A stretch of 63,512 nt of DNA, filler included, from Choristocarpus tenellus KU-1152 (taxonomy: Eukaryota; Protista; Phaeophyceae): the NCBI GenBank assembly GCA_964200185.2. It is 10 parts of 10 records of this genome, joined end to end, with 100 filler letters (N's around TTAATTAATTAA, not from the genome) between each part and the next. Parts side by side here need not be neighbours in the genome. Positions count along the whole stretch, not along the records: positions 37,431 to 50,870 come from CAXNAD020001494.1; positions 50,971 to 53,481 come from CAXNAD020027190.1; 8 more parts are not named here. One strand, 5' to 3'. Shown piece by piece: positions 39,253-52,170 of this stretch. The notes under the pieces were generated by a model. That model was not told the DNA's origin. It was given only the letters and a program-made list of their open reading frames with translations, and did not search any database. Within the stretch, counting starts at the first letter, position 1. Each line of letters opens with the position of its first letter. Position numbers and translations under genes: made by a program.

Positions 39253-42200
39253 CTAGCTGGTAAACCGCACTCTGAGCTTACTTGGGAATGTCGCAGACAG
39301 AATTTCTGTTGACTGTACAATTGCACATTGGTGAACGTGTAACACAGAGCAGACAAGCAGCACCAGGCAAAAGGGCACAACAGATAAGCAGGGTTAATAA
39401 TCAGCAACTCACTCCTACTACAAGCAGCACTCACAAGGCAATCAAACCAGCAAACGTTGGGAGCAATCCGAACACATTTACTACTCAAAGATTGCAGCAA
39501 AATTTCCCCTGAAATCTCAACTCCTGCCCTCCCCCCCCCAACTTCCTTACCTGTCTGGTCTGGTTATATAACTCAAACTCATCATCAGTAAGGAGGCAAG
39601 AGTCCAGTGCTGAGGATATGATCTCCCTAGTGGTACCTTCGCTCACTCCCAATCCAATAAAGACCAGCTCCTGGCGCCTATCTCCATAATCACCCTGAGG
39701 ATCAGAAAATGTGGACGGTAAGGGCCAAGGATGCAAAGACTGGCAACCTCTTCAAGGCCTCAAATCTGTGACATTATAACTTTGCAGTGCTTTGTTGGAT
39801 GAGTTTATCAGTTCAAGTCGTTGAGCTACACCATGGATAATTGATGTACTACTTTCTTCACTATACAAATTATTGAGGGGTACAGGACATCCATATCACG
39901 AAAAAAATCCTATCAACAAAGTAACAGCAAAACTATTGCATTAAGCCAGTAGGACGCATTTGTTATATCTAAACCTCCAACCCCTAGCCTCCATTATGTT
40001 TTCTGTGAGAGCGTAAATAAAATTTGTTCAAAGAAATTTTTTGATATGCTTGATGAAAACTGAAACGCATACACCACAAGGAAAACAACCGACAAATCAA
40101 ATCGTTTGACTTCTATGTCCGTCATTGTTTGATGAATTATATAATATTAATGCAATCACTACGAGTCAAAGCACCATACACAGCTTGTAAGGGTAACCCT
40201 TTCAAGTAGACTATCTCATCATATTTGTGGGATAATCAATCTCAAACACATCCAGGCTTCCCCACAGCAACACCCTACTACTTCACCATACCTTCACATC
40301 AATAAAGGGACGGTATGTCAAGCAAGAACAATTGAAGCAATGCCAAGCACAAGAATAACTCATTATTTTTTCAACTCCATTTGTAATTTGACCAACATTC
40401 TCACAAATCACATTCTAGAGAGTGTGAGAACAAGCACATGATACAAAGCACAAGGGAACTATCAGTATAGGTTAGTTGCCAAAATACAAACTGCAAGCCT
40501 CTCCCCGCCATACCACATCCAGATTAACACCTCGAAGTCTATTGTGATAGCTTCCTCTGCGCCTGGTGGCCACAGCTCTCGCCCTAAACTGGCCCACCAT
40601 CTCCCCAAGCAAAGCACCTCAAAGTTGGCACCTGTGTGAGGCAAGGGACCATGAAAGGACAGGAGATATGAAGGGTTAAAAAATCAGAGGCAGCATGCAC
40701 CCGTGGTTCAAATAGGGACCTTTTGGGGGCAGATCACCTCCAAAAAAATCGGAATTCCCCAACTTTGTCAAAAAAGAAATTCCAAGTTAGTAGAGAGAGG
40801 TAGAACTTGGTACTTCCACTGACCGTGTAAGTTGTTCAACACATAGAGTGAACAGTACTGTCTAGCATAGTCATACTGCATTATTGACTGGACCACAATC
40901 CAAATTAAACAACTGCCATGCATCCATGCACACATGCACAAAATCCTCCCAACACACACCCATGAAAAACATCAACTTGATCAAGAGTAGTGCGGAGTAG
41001 CTACGGGCAACATTGACCCCCTCTTATTCTGGCATTGAGTATAGTTTAAAACATTGTTTTCACCAAGGACAAAAAAGCAATGCTCTATGAGTGAAAATAT
41101 AATGTGCACTACAGCATACTACGATACCAACAGATAGTACACTTCAAAATGAACCCTTGTACACCACACTAAAAAAAATCATACTCTGCAACACAATCAC
41201 ACCTATCACTGGTAAGGGTGCAATTTTCCAGCAGTGGAGATGGTACAGTCAACAATACACAAATATAAAACATATGCACAAAGGAGGCAACACAGCCATC
41301 ATCATCTGCAAGGCTACCACAACCAGAGTATGCACATCAACAAATGAATAAAATAAACAAGCATGTACAACCCCGCAAGAAATGCATAATCACACACAAC
41401 CCTTATACCTCCATCCTCTGCCCCTTACCCTAAACGTACAAACAGTAGTGTGACAGGCAGTGCTGCCTACAAAATCTTAACTTCAGCAATCAACTCAGGT
41501 TCTTCGCCTTTGTTTTCCTCTAGTCAGTACCCTGTTTGCCCAAAATATACGTACAAATCTATTAAAAACAAACAAACACTACCACCACACCACATTACAT
41601 AAATAGCTCCCTTGGTGGTAAACAAAACAAGAAAAAGAACAAAAAAAGGTGGCAGGAAGTCTCTAACGAAGGAAGGTCCCTCACCAGCCTGAGACCAATA
41701 CATCGCAGCCTCATCACTATATGCCAGCCACATGAAACCCTTGGAGCGAACCAGCTTGGCCAGAGCTGAACCAAGTGTGGCATTTTCCCCCTCCTTCCAA
41801 TCCTTACCCTTTCGTCCCTTCCAACCTGTGACCTCAGTGAGGGCGAGGTTTGATGATCCTGGCATGTACTGGGTAAAAGTCCCCGAACAAAGGCGAAGAA
41901 AAAGATGCAGGGTTGGGGGTGGAAAGTGAAAAATACCAACAGGATTTTCAATAGCCATTGAAGGGATAGGGGATCAAAAACAGCACTAACCTACCGTCGT
42001 AGTCTATGGACATGTATGGACAAGCACGAATAGAATCCACTGCACTTGTGTAGATACTGCATCGATCCTCGAATGTCTGTACTCTCCACCATGCAGTATC
42101 TACATCCACCGATAGACCCAACATCACAAGAAGATTCAGGAGGTACTGTCCTCATGTTCTAAAAAAAAATAGTTAGAAGGTAGTCCCCAACAATTATTGT

Positions 42201-45200
42201 CCTTTGTGTGCGCAGTAGTAGCACAATAATTGTTCAGTTCACATCACTCCGCACACACAAAACACCTTTAACACAGAAACGTCAAATCAAGCAAATTGAA
42301 TACACACACACATATGGATGTGCCCAGCTGCCTGGTTTTTCTACAAAATCCAGATCTTCCTCTCCCACCCTATCACATGCCAACGCCCACTCTTGTCTCA
42401 GCATCACAAATCCTTACATTTCGTCAGAAAACTCTTGTCTACTCTGAGAGTGGTGGGGATCACCTAACCCCAGTCCCAGTCCTAAGCATCCTTGAGACCC
42501 CCTCCCCTTTACCTCAAGCACTGCTGCCAGTCTCTCAGGGTGGAATGGTCTTCGTTGCCGGTAAACAAAGTTGTCAATGCCAAAACGACTGGCTGCTGTG
42601 GTTGTACCCTCCCCACTGCCATGATCATGGCTGTGAGAATGGTCCTGCCAAGCACAGGAGGAAGAGGGAACCACAAATCACGGTGGATGCAAAACTGTAA
42701 TGCACAAGAAAAGAGGCTGATACTTGGCACCACGAATGAAAAGATCAAATTGTAGGAGTATGGATGTCTATACCAAGTCAATGTTACATTTCAACCAGTA
42801 TATCAAGTACTTGAAGATGTGCTATGGCAGAATATTAAGGTCAACACAGCACATATCTCATCCGTTCTCTTTCATCCCCATTGAACTCCAAACACCAGAT
42901 TGTGCTCCAAGATAGCTTTAAACATCATAATCTAATGTGCATTGTGTCTTTGTAAGAAGCAAAGGCTTGTGCTAGTGCCTAGACCAAGTAAACTCTTGAC
43001 CCAGTCAGCACATACGAAGTACAGGTCAGGGGTGTAACATCCTGATCAACTCCAAAACACAAGCCTCCCTCCCCCTCCTCCTCCCCCCCCCCCCCCTCCC
43101 CCCCTGAAGTTGATCCCAAATAAACCACAGAACTATTTAATTCAAGTCAACACAATCGATACCACAGTGCTCACATGATCTCCCCCCTCCTCACTGCATG
43201 CTGCACAGTCAGGGTCAAAATCAGCAACAGCACCAACTGCCTCTCCCTCATGTCTATGGCTATGCCCATGACTATGCCCATGTCCGACTTCTGAAGTTTT
43301 TGTCTCTTCCTGGAAGGCAGTGCAGTCAGGGTTGGTGTTGCCTTCAGCGTGCGTATGTGTGTGTGTTGATGTATCCACATGTGTCGAGCAAGCTGAGGTC
43401 CCCTGGCCAGACTCAAGGGCCATCAAGGAATCCTTGTGGTCATCGATGCTTCCTGATTCTGCAATGCCCTGTCCTTCCATCACACCCAGCACCTCTGGGC
43501 ATGGATAGGTAGAGGAAAGGGGGGGAAGTATCTGTGAGAGCGTGTGTTGCAAATTGTTGATGGGGGGTGTCAATCCACCTCTAATCAGTAAGGGAGAGGG
43601 GTGAGAGAGTGGAAATAATTGTTTCCAATATTGCTGAGGTGGTACCCCCTTCTAGCACAACAAAATAAAGCTACCACTCTCACCCCAAGACACCCATATG
43701 TACACATTTGCTTTATCAACTTGGGGTTCTTGCATGTATACTGCAACCCATATCACCAACAATATGCTCATACATACTATTCTAATCCAAGGTCTCTGTG
43801 CAACACCCCTGACCAAAGAGCAGCCACCTTTCTATTTTGTACCTAATCAACTATTGCTAATGCTCAGAAACAGAGTATGTTTCAAGTCTCACTGTGTCAC
43901 TCTCCTCAAGACAAATGCACCATGTGAAGATAATAAGGTAGAACCCGTCTTGAGGGGCTTTAGGGAGGAGAGTATTTTCAGCAACAAAGTTTCGAGGAGG
44001 ACGGCATTCAACTCTTCTACATTCTCGTTTTCATAGCTCTGATATCTTTCCCCCCTCTTCTAAGGGCCAACAAATAAATTCATATCGATAAGCCACACAA
44101 CATGTCTGTAATCAAAGGGAAATACCTACCATACTTCCAAGAGCACAATAAATACTGGAGACCACAGATTAAGAAGATGTATCAGGCAGGCACAGGCGTG
44201 AAGATGCAATCTCCTCCAACTATGCTCCCTTCCTGAATACACCATACACGACATTGAATATTCCTGTTGACAACACACCTTGAAGGGGTACATTTCCGTA
44301 TTCACATGTAACCATTGATGCATGAGGGTTCAGCGCTCTCAAAATCTAAAGAGAGAAGATGTGGGTAAGGGGGACGATTTGCAGTGTAAGCCTTTAAACT
44401 TGAAACCAACAGGGAGAGAGCATGCTTAAAAGGTCCACACAGACAGGCAGGGCGTTGATACGATTCTTTATCATTGCAAAGTTGCCATAGAAAAGAAACA
44501 AAGTAGGGCTATATAAATATTTAGGTAGGACAGGTGAACATCAGGAAACCTCAATGACTGTAAAAATATCACTAGGAAAAAAGATGTATACTGAGGTCTC
44601 TGAATGCACCATTGACCCATCCCATTGTGTCAGTGACATGGTGTAGTAAACCTCCACAGGACTATGGATAGTACAATGTAAGAAAACATCCATTCAGTCG
44701 TGTAGGGTGAATAGACCTACATGTTCACCAACAGTGAATCAAGCAAAAGAGTCAATGTTCTATTAAGTTGTGCATTACATGCTCATCACTAACACTCATC
44801 CAATATGATGTAGAAAGAAGGAATATGCCTGCATTCTATGATACATATACATGGGGTTAGTAAAATGAACCTCCTGTCCACATCAGATGTACCAGCCTGT
44901 GCACATAGCACAAACTCCTTCAAAGAATAATCCTGACTAGTGCAAATTCCACACGTGTTATCTCACAAAAAGTACAACACAATGCACTTTTCTCAATCAA
45001 GCAAAAACAGAAAGGTGCTATACTACTAAAGGTAAAGGAAAAAAACATGAGTGTATCATATAAACTTAGATCAAGAAAGACCACAAAAAAGTCGATAAAG
45101 AAACCCGATCAAAATTCCTTGTAGTACTAAATAGTACAAAGAGACTCATCACAAAAAAGGAGTGGACACTACTACCAACACTTCTCACTGCAACAAAATA

Positions 45201-48200
45201 ATCCCTCCCTCAACACATGTACACATGATCAAGAAAAAAGTATAGCCCCTTAGATAAATACATAATCAACAGCAAAACATACTTTCAAGCATTTCACAGT
45301 ACTCAGATTCAAATTTAGCACCAAAGCAGTGACTACATACACGTAATATATAATACAAAAACCACAATACCTACTACTGTGCAGGGTTTCTTTAAGTATA
45401 CAGTGTAGGGGAGCAAAAACAAACAGCAAAAAGTATTCCAACAGCCAACAATGCAATACAGCCCACACGACAAAAAAAATATAAAGGGGTAGTCTTTTGT
45501 ACATCCATGAGCAGCCCTTCCTTGCCGTCCTCCAGCGTGTCCATCTTATTTAGCACCAGCATGTCAGCGCACTCCACCTGCTCCACCAGCAGGTCTACCA
45601 CTGCCCGCTGTGCGCTGCCACCTGCCAAGGCCTGCTGAAAGGTAGGATCGTCTGGGTTGATGGAGACATGAAAGAGCCAGGCAATTTGGTTGGTGTTAGG
45701 GGGATGGAGGGAGGAAAAAATAGGTGACTGTACTGGGCAAACCTCAATGTTTGAGCGGGGAAGGGGAGCGGGTGGGTGGAAGAGTAGACTAGGAAGGCTA
45801 GCAGTGGAAAGGCATTGTATGGTATGGGAAGAGAACAGAGCACACAGACAACACACATACTATAGCCCTCCCTCCCCTACCCCTCCCTCTCTACAACACC
45901 CTGGGAAAGTCAACTAATAAGAGATATGTATAGAACAGTAGTACTTGAAGTAAATAATTAAGAAAGGATTGCTCTCTCCCCTACAACCACCCTCTGTGCT
46001 CTCTCACCCTCCCCCATCCCAAGGTCTGGACGTTGCAACATCCTGTCCCCGGTTGTGTATGCTTCCAAGAATGCTCCTGTGTCAACCACTGTCACCATTG
46101 TGTCCAACCTCACCTGATTTAATGAGAGGGGGCATGTAACAGGAATAGGTCAACAGGTGAGGATTGGGTGAAAGGTTTCAAACATGGATTAGGTGTGGTC
46201 CAATAGTTTCGAAGCGATAAAGGAGGATTGCGTGAGATTTTGTGGTCGCGATGGTAAGAACGTTGCTTCAAAATGGGGTTCATGACTGGGGGTATGGGAA
46301 AGAAGTGTGGGAGTAGGGTAAACACAGACAAGAGTGGGGTCCAGAAAGCAATGGGGGTAAGAATTAGGAGGCGGTAATGCAAAGGGTTGGTGGGTAGGGG
46401 GCTAAGCATTGATGGTGGATAAGATACAAATTTAGGCATAAAAACATGGCCAGGGGTGGGCAGGTGAGATGAAAGGGAAACACTTCAATGCCCTTTTTGA
46501 AAACTTGCCTCATTCATGAGTGGCATTCTGTAGGCCTCAGCATCCTGGAACATTGACCTCACAGCCTTGGGTTCTGACACACCACTAGATTCAATCACAA
46601 TATGGTCGTAGTGCTTGCCTTTTGCCTTTGACATGCCAACCAACTTGTCCACCGAGACAAACAACTCCTCGCCCATCGTACTTTTCCCTCCAGCAGATGT
46701 ACGTCAATGCGTCAATCCACCAGTCAATCAATCAATCCATCCATCCATCCACAATACAAACAAAAACGAGGATGTTTGTATACGTAAGTCTGATCTTTAG
46801 TCATTCTTTTTCTGGATAGTTTTGTATGGTGGGTCCAGTAAAATGTAATCAGAGGAAAGAGCCTTATTGAAAAGGGGGTAGATGCAGGGTGTTGGAAGTG
46901 AGTACAAATAGTGTGATAGCAGGTGAGAGGGAGGGACACAACTCAACCCATCTCAATTCCTGTTGTCTGTGTACGGATTGGAGTGTCGATGGGTGAAAAA
47001 TAAAATGATAGTTGATAGTTGACAGTTGACTGGCAAGAGGATACAAGCTGGAATGAAAGATGTATATATGTGCAGAGAAGGAATGCAGATTTACAGGAGT
47101 GGCCCTTGTATCATACAAAGCAGGCAGGAGGGGAGGGAGGGGGTGAGTCAGTGAAGTTGTGGGAATACACACACATACACACATATACCACATTGTGTGG
47201 GACCACACCTCTTGCTGACCTCCACACAAGGTACATTCACACATGCATACAACCTCTCATAACTCCCCAACTCACAAAGGTGACTGTAAACAAACACAGC
47301 ATGCTCCATATCAAGTGCGGGTTCCTCACCAATCTCTTGGCTGTGCCCAATATGACACTATGGACACTAACCCACAGTAGAAAATCATTTGATTGACAGG
47401 GATTATTGTGTTGCCCTATACATGACATAAATCTTCAGCAGGATACAACTCCCAGGCAACCTGGATATTAAAAATGGAAATGCCACAGGATGGAGTGGGG
47501 CACTCTTAATTTATCCAAATGACCACCTACTATAAACCACTCCAAGCCCCACCCTTTCACCACCTCTGCTTCAATGAGAAGCTTTGCAACCCAGTCTTTC
47601 CTCCCAGGAATATGCGCTACAACAGTAGTAAATATCTAATGGAAGGAGGGGGGGAGTAATCAATCTACGCACCAGCAAATACACCCATTCTGTAGCTCAA
47701 TAAAGTCAGCGCTCCCCCCCTGTGCATTGGGATCACCCCTCACAAGCTTGGCGTCTACATTAACCTCAGCCACATCATTCACTATAATGCCAATGCGAAG
47801 TCCCTGAATAAAATACCAGTGTCAAAATAACATCGAGTAAATGGGCAGGGAAAGGAAAAGAGAAACACGAACATATGCACAGGTCATGTCAGACAAGGGA
47901 ACTAGCGCAACCACAGCACAGAATAGAAAGTAGAGATGTACAGATTAAAGAGGGTCAATAAGGAGCGAGAGTGCATCCATGCAACAAGGCGCTATGGTTG
48001 TGTTGCACAAACTAGTGCTATCACATTCCATCACCACCACATAGCTGCGAGCACCAATACACAACGTGGAAAACACACTTCAATATTGTCATCATAATAC
48101 ACCCCACTATTCTCATCCCTAGATATTTGCAACCCCACCATTTACACCCCACTACCATCACTGCTGAGCACCCTGGACATGCAAAGCTATACCTTTCAAA

Positions 48201-49910
48201 CCACCTCAAAACAGAACATTGAATAACCAAGCACTGCACCAACACACACACCTCACGGTTTCCCAACATGTTTTGAAGGAGGGATGTCTTTCCAGCACCC
48301 AGAAAGCCACTGATAAGGGTGATGGGGACACGGTTGTCCTTCCCATCCCATACCTCAGCCCCCTTAACACCCTCGTCTATGGTGTCTCCTGGGTCCTTAT
48401 TGGATGAGCCATAAGGAAAAAATGAGGAAAACTTAGTCAAACGCTAGATGAGAGGATGAGGTAGGAAATGTGTTGAAAAGGGGAGAAAGGGAGGGCGATA
48501 GGAGGGAAATGGCATGCCACCAAGATCTATATCGCAGCTCAGATGAAATGTTCTCCATTAATATTATACATGTGTATCAGCTTTGTGAAGTTCGAGAATG
48601 ATGAGGTGTGTACCTTGTGAAGGTGTAACTGAAAAAAATACACTACACACAGCAAACTTAGATACGTATTTCATAGCAATACACTTGCATATCTAAACAG
48701 CAAGGTCAGGTACACATATTTCCAGTCTCTTTCCCTCAACAATTCCTCACTAATTGTCACCATCAACCACCAAGAGATAACAGCAAGGAAATATTTTGAT
48801 CAGTGGCCGAATAACTTATCGGTATGAGAGCTATTGCACGAACAATTCATCCTAACCCAACCAATGCCACGAATACCACTATCCAGGTCCAAAAGCTGAA
48901 GGGTACAGTACGGCAAATATACTGAATGCTGCATAAGCAAATAGAGGGTAACTTTGCGTACATTTGAAGTCGGAGAAGAGGAAGTCCCTACCCCAAGAGA
49001 TTCAGCTGAAGTGATGTCCCCCCTTCCCTTTCCCCCTCCACTCAAGGTCAGGATTGGTGCTGTGCTCGATTGAAAGACCGCCAGCACAAACAAGGGGAGG
49101 GTATGTATCAACAAGTACAAGCTCAAACGAGATTAGGTGGAAATCCTCGCGTTGTTCTGTCCACAAGGCGTTGGGTGAAGAAGGCGTATGCCACCAAAAT
49201 GTAATCAACATCGACCCCATCTATTAGAATCCAGCCTGGATGGCTCCAGGAGGCTAATGCGAGTGTTCGAGGGGCTTCAATCACCATGGCAGGTCCTTTC
49301 CTGACAAAAAGAACGTTGATGAGGGAAGGCCCTAATAGTAACTGAGGGGCCTACTTGGAATTGGTCTCGCGTAGTTTAGTTGCTATTTGTCGATTCACTT
49401 CTACAGGGTTGGGGAGGAAGTACTTGATACTTCCTGGGGACCTTACGTGACGGGAATCGCTCACTATAGAGATAAACCAAGACAACAACAAAAATTTGGA
49501 TCACCCTTCGGTTCCCAAGGGTGTCCAACGCCTCGCTTAGGTGGAGCAATTAACCAACGGCTAGTTCCACTCCCAATCGAAGCATGTCGAAGCACTGAAG
49601 ATCCCGCAAAAGCCCTTACCCCAACCTGCCAGAATAACCAAATTCAATGAAAATTTGAGAGCAGTCACTTGGAAGAGACGCCAATGGCCAAATGAGAACT
49701 GTCGTTAGAGACTCCATACACATGAATCGAACAAGGACAAAAGGAGGAACCCTGAACAATGGGCCAAATGTCTGCTGTGGTCCTCTGTTTTGACAGGGAT
49801 ACCGATACGCGCTTGAATCGGAAACATCTAAGGATTCGCTTCATATACGAAGGGAAGATTACCTGAGTGCAACATGCAAGGAGCAACGAAGCACAGTCAC
49901 GCTTCCCCAT
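39253..49910 (-). CDS. COG0523/CobW-family (ZNG1/YeiR/YciC-like) metal-chaperone GTPase with His/Cys-rich insert and probable plastid presequence
   Basis: Core exons 48395-48252, 47803-47673, 46680-46509, 46113-46008, 45651-45503, 44345-44279, 43494-43175, 42644-42513, 41868-41685, 40631-40531, 39694-39551 and 39312-39253 (TAG) splice in phase. Motifs: [73 protein letters not shown] and [11 protein letters not shown]. The 5' exons (49910-49863, from 49625, ~49060-48962) are less certain. Confidence 0.92.
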
Positions 49911-50081
49911 TTCGGTGGTTGATGATGGAGGTTGAGCATTCACGATGGAGATGCTCTCGCGCGATTCGCGCGAATGCTAAGCCAGTTTCCTTCAAAACAC
50001 AAAACACCTTCACTCCAAGTGACTACAAGTAGAGTCTACATCCATTCTGGCGGAGAAACCTCCAACTTCGCCGAAGAAGTG

Positions 50082-50870
50082 ATGGAGAAAGGGATAGATA
50101 AAAATCCAGGGCAAACACTGCTGCGCTTGCTGCAGGGTAAGGAGCCGCAGGCCTCGACACGGCAGCCAACGCCACCCCCTCCTCCACTTCTGTCTACATC
50201 GTACTCTAACCTTCAAGTAATCACGACGATGAGAGAGACGGCGTCGGGCTTGAATTCAAAGCATGAGGATCCTTCATCCTCTCCCTCCTTGGGTAATGGA
50301 TCATCTCCGTCTTGTAAGTCGTACCAGTCAGCTGGCGCCGAGCTGTTGCGAATGCTGCAAGCAACTGAACCTTCCGCGACACAGGAACATCACAGTTCTG
50401 CCGCGTCAGCGGTTGCACTTCCCTGGAATCCTAGATTTGGAGCTAAAACACCTCCGGCTTCTTCAATCGAGTCATCGGGTGCAGAGCTCCTACGAATGCT
50501 TCAGACCTCCCCACCCCAAGATGCACATAATGGTGCAACTGCTGGTGCAACCGCTGGGGGTGGTTCACAACTCGATCTTCAAGTGGAGCCTCCTTCGCAT
50601 TTCCCACCTCCGCCCCAGACCCCGCCTATGACCCAGGGAAACGTGGCGGCACAACATGAGCGTTTGCTGCGCGATATATTACTTTTGGGAGAAAAGAGCT
50701 CACAAATGCCGTCTAGCCCCCCTATCACCCCTCCTGCATCGCGAGTGGAGGGAATGTCCAAGCCAATCCCATCTGTCGCATCTACCGAGGGCCGGGGTCG
50801 AGGTCGCGGCCGCGGTAGAGGTCAAGGACCGGGGCGGGGCAGGGGGCAGGGGTCCGGACGGGGGAATGTC
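50082..50870 (+). CDS. N-terminal disordered region with repeated helical Leu-rich motifs and RG repeats (mRNA decay/P-body-type protein?)
   Basis: Long GC-rich open frame (49932-50870) with a likely ATG at 50082. GQTLLRLLQ and GAELLRMLQ x2 sit in Pro/Ser-rich linkers, followed by GRGRGRGRGRGQGPGRGRG. Cut off by a linker. Confidence 0.7.
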
Positions 50871-51016
50871 NNNNNNNNNNNNNNNNNNNNNNNNNNNNNN
50901 NNNNNNNNNNNNNNTTAATTAATTAANNNNNNNNNNNNNNNNNNNNNNNNNNNNNNNNNNNNNNNNNNNNGGTATGTAGTATTCCGTTTCACAGTTGTCC
51001 TCAATCACCCAGATAC

Positions 51017-51196
51017 GACCCAAAATACCTTGGGGGGGGGGTCTACACCAGGGTGTCCATTTGGACCAAAACCAGGAAAGGTGTACTTACATTATCCATC
51101 CGACGTACGCAACCAAATCACCCAAAAATCTCGACATGAAAAAAAATGGACCCCAAACGAATAGCCGCCACCCCCCCCCCCCAGATACTTTGAGTC
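51017..51196 (-). mobile_element. MITE family B, inverted copy
   Basis: GACCCAAAATACCTTGGGGG ... CCCCCAGATACTTTGAGTC; 4-bp TSD ATAC/ATAC. Confidence 0.85.
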
Positions 51197-52170
51197 ATAC
51201 GACTTCCTACGGGTCAGAAATAATCTGAGCCTTACAAGGAAACTTTGTCCATGTGCAAAGAACCACCTATCTCGACGAGAAGAAAAATAGGTGGAGGCGG
51301 TTCAATTTAACCACTGTGCTGTATGAATCACAGCTGTACATATGCATGATAGCAAATGGAAAGCTCATGCCGCTAGCTCCAGAGCGCTAAATTGATGGCT
51401 ACAGGGTCACTACATATTGACTTGGAGCTGTTGTTCAGAGCGAGACATGTGCGCACAATTTTGTTTCAAGCGTGAAGGTTTGTTGACAGATTGGGAAAGT
51501 GTTGGACACAAAATGTACTGTTATTGTTCCAAATCAGTTTTAAATACAAGACCTGTCAACTAGACACAGCTTAGTGAATCACAAGCTACCTAAATGACAT
51601 TCTAACACCCCCTGACAAATGGCTACTGTCATTTTCCTTAGTCTGTTGTTCAAAATTCAACTATTCCAAGAATAGCAGCATTTGCATCTTGACAAGCTCA
51701 ATCCCTAATCCCGCCTCAAAACTATCAGAGAATACTATTTGACCAGGTGAGTGCTACTCAGGGTAAACTCTTTTGGATGGAATATATATTTTCAAGTACG
51801 TAATTATTTGGGGGAACATTTGTCTGCCAGATTTTGAGTTATATGGCAGTACTTTGATCAATGGATATAAAATAAATCTCCAAGAACAACTTGACATGCT
51901 GAGTGAGGGCTGTTGATCAATAAAACTCACGCAATATTTTAGCCTCAAAGTATCCACAGGTAGTTCTATGAAATTCACATGTCAGTGTGTGCTCAAATGA
52001 TAAACAAACAAACACTTCACTGACATACACTATGTTAAACACCATTCACAGGGTGAAGCGTGGGCTATCACAAATGAGGACAAAAAAAATACAGGACCAA
52101 GATTTAGAAAAGGCCATCAAACATTAACTGTAACACAGTGGGATGCCTACCAAGGCATAAAATATCTCAC

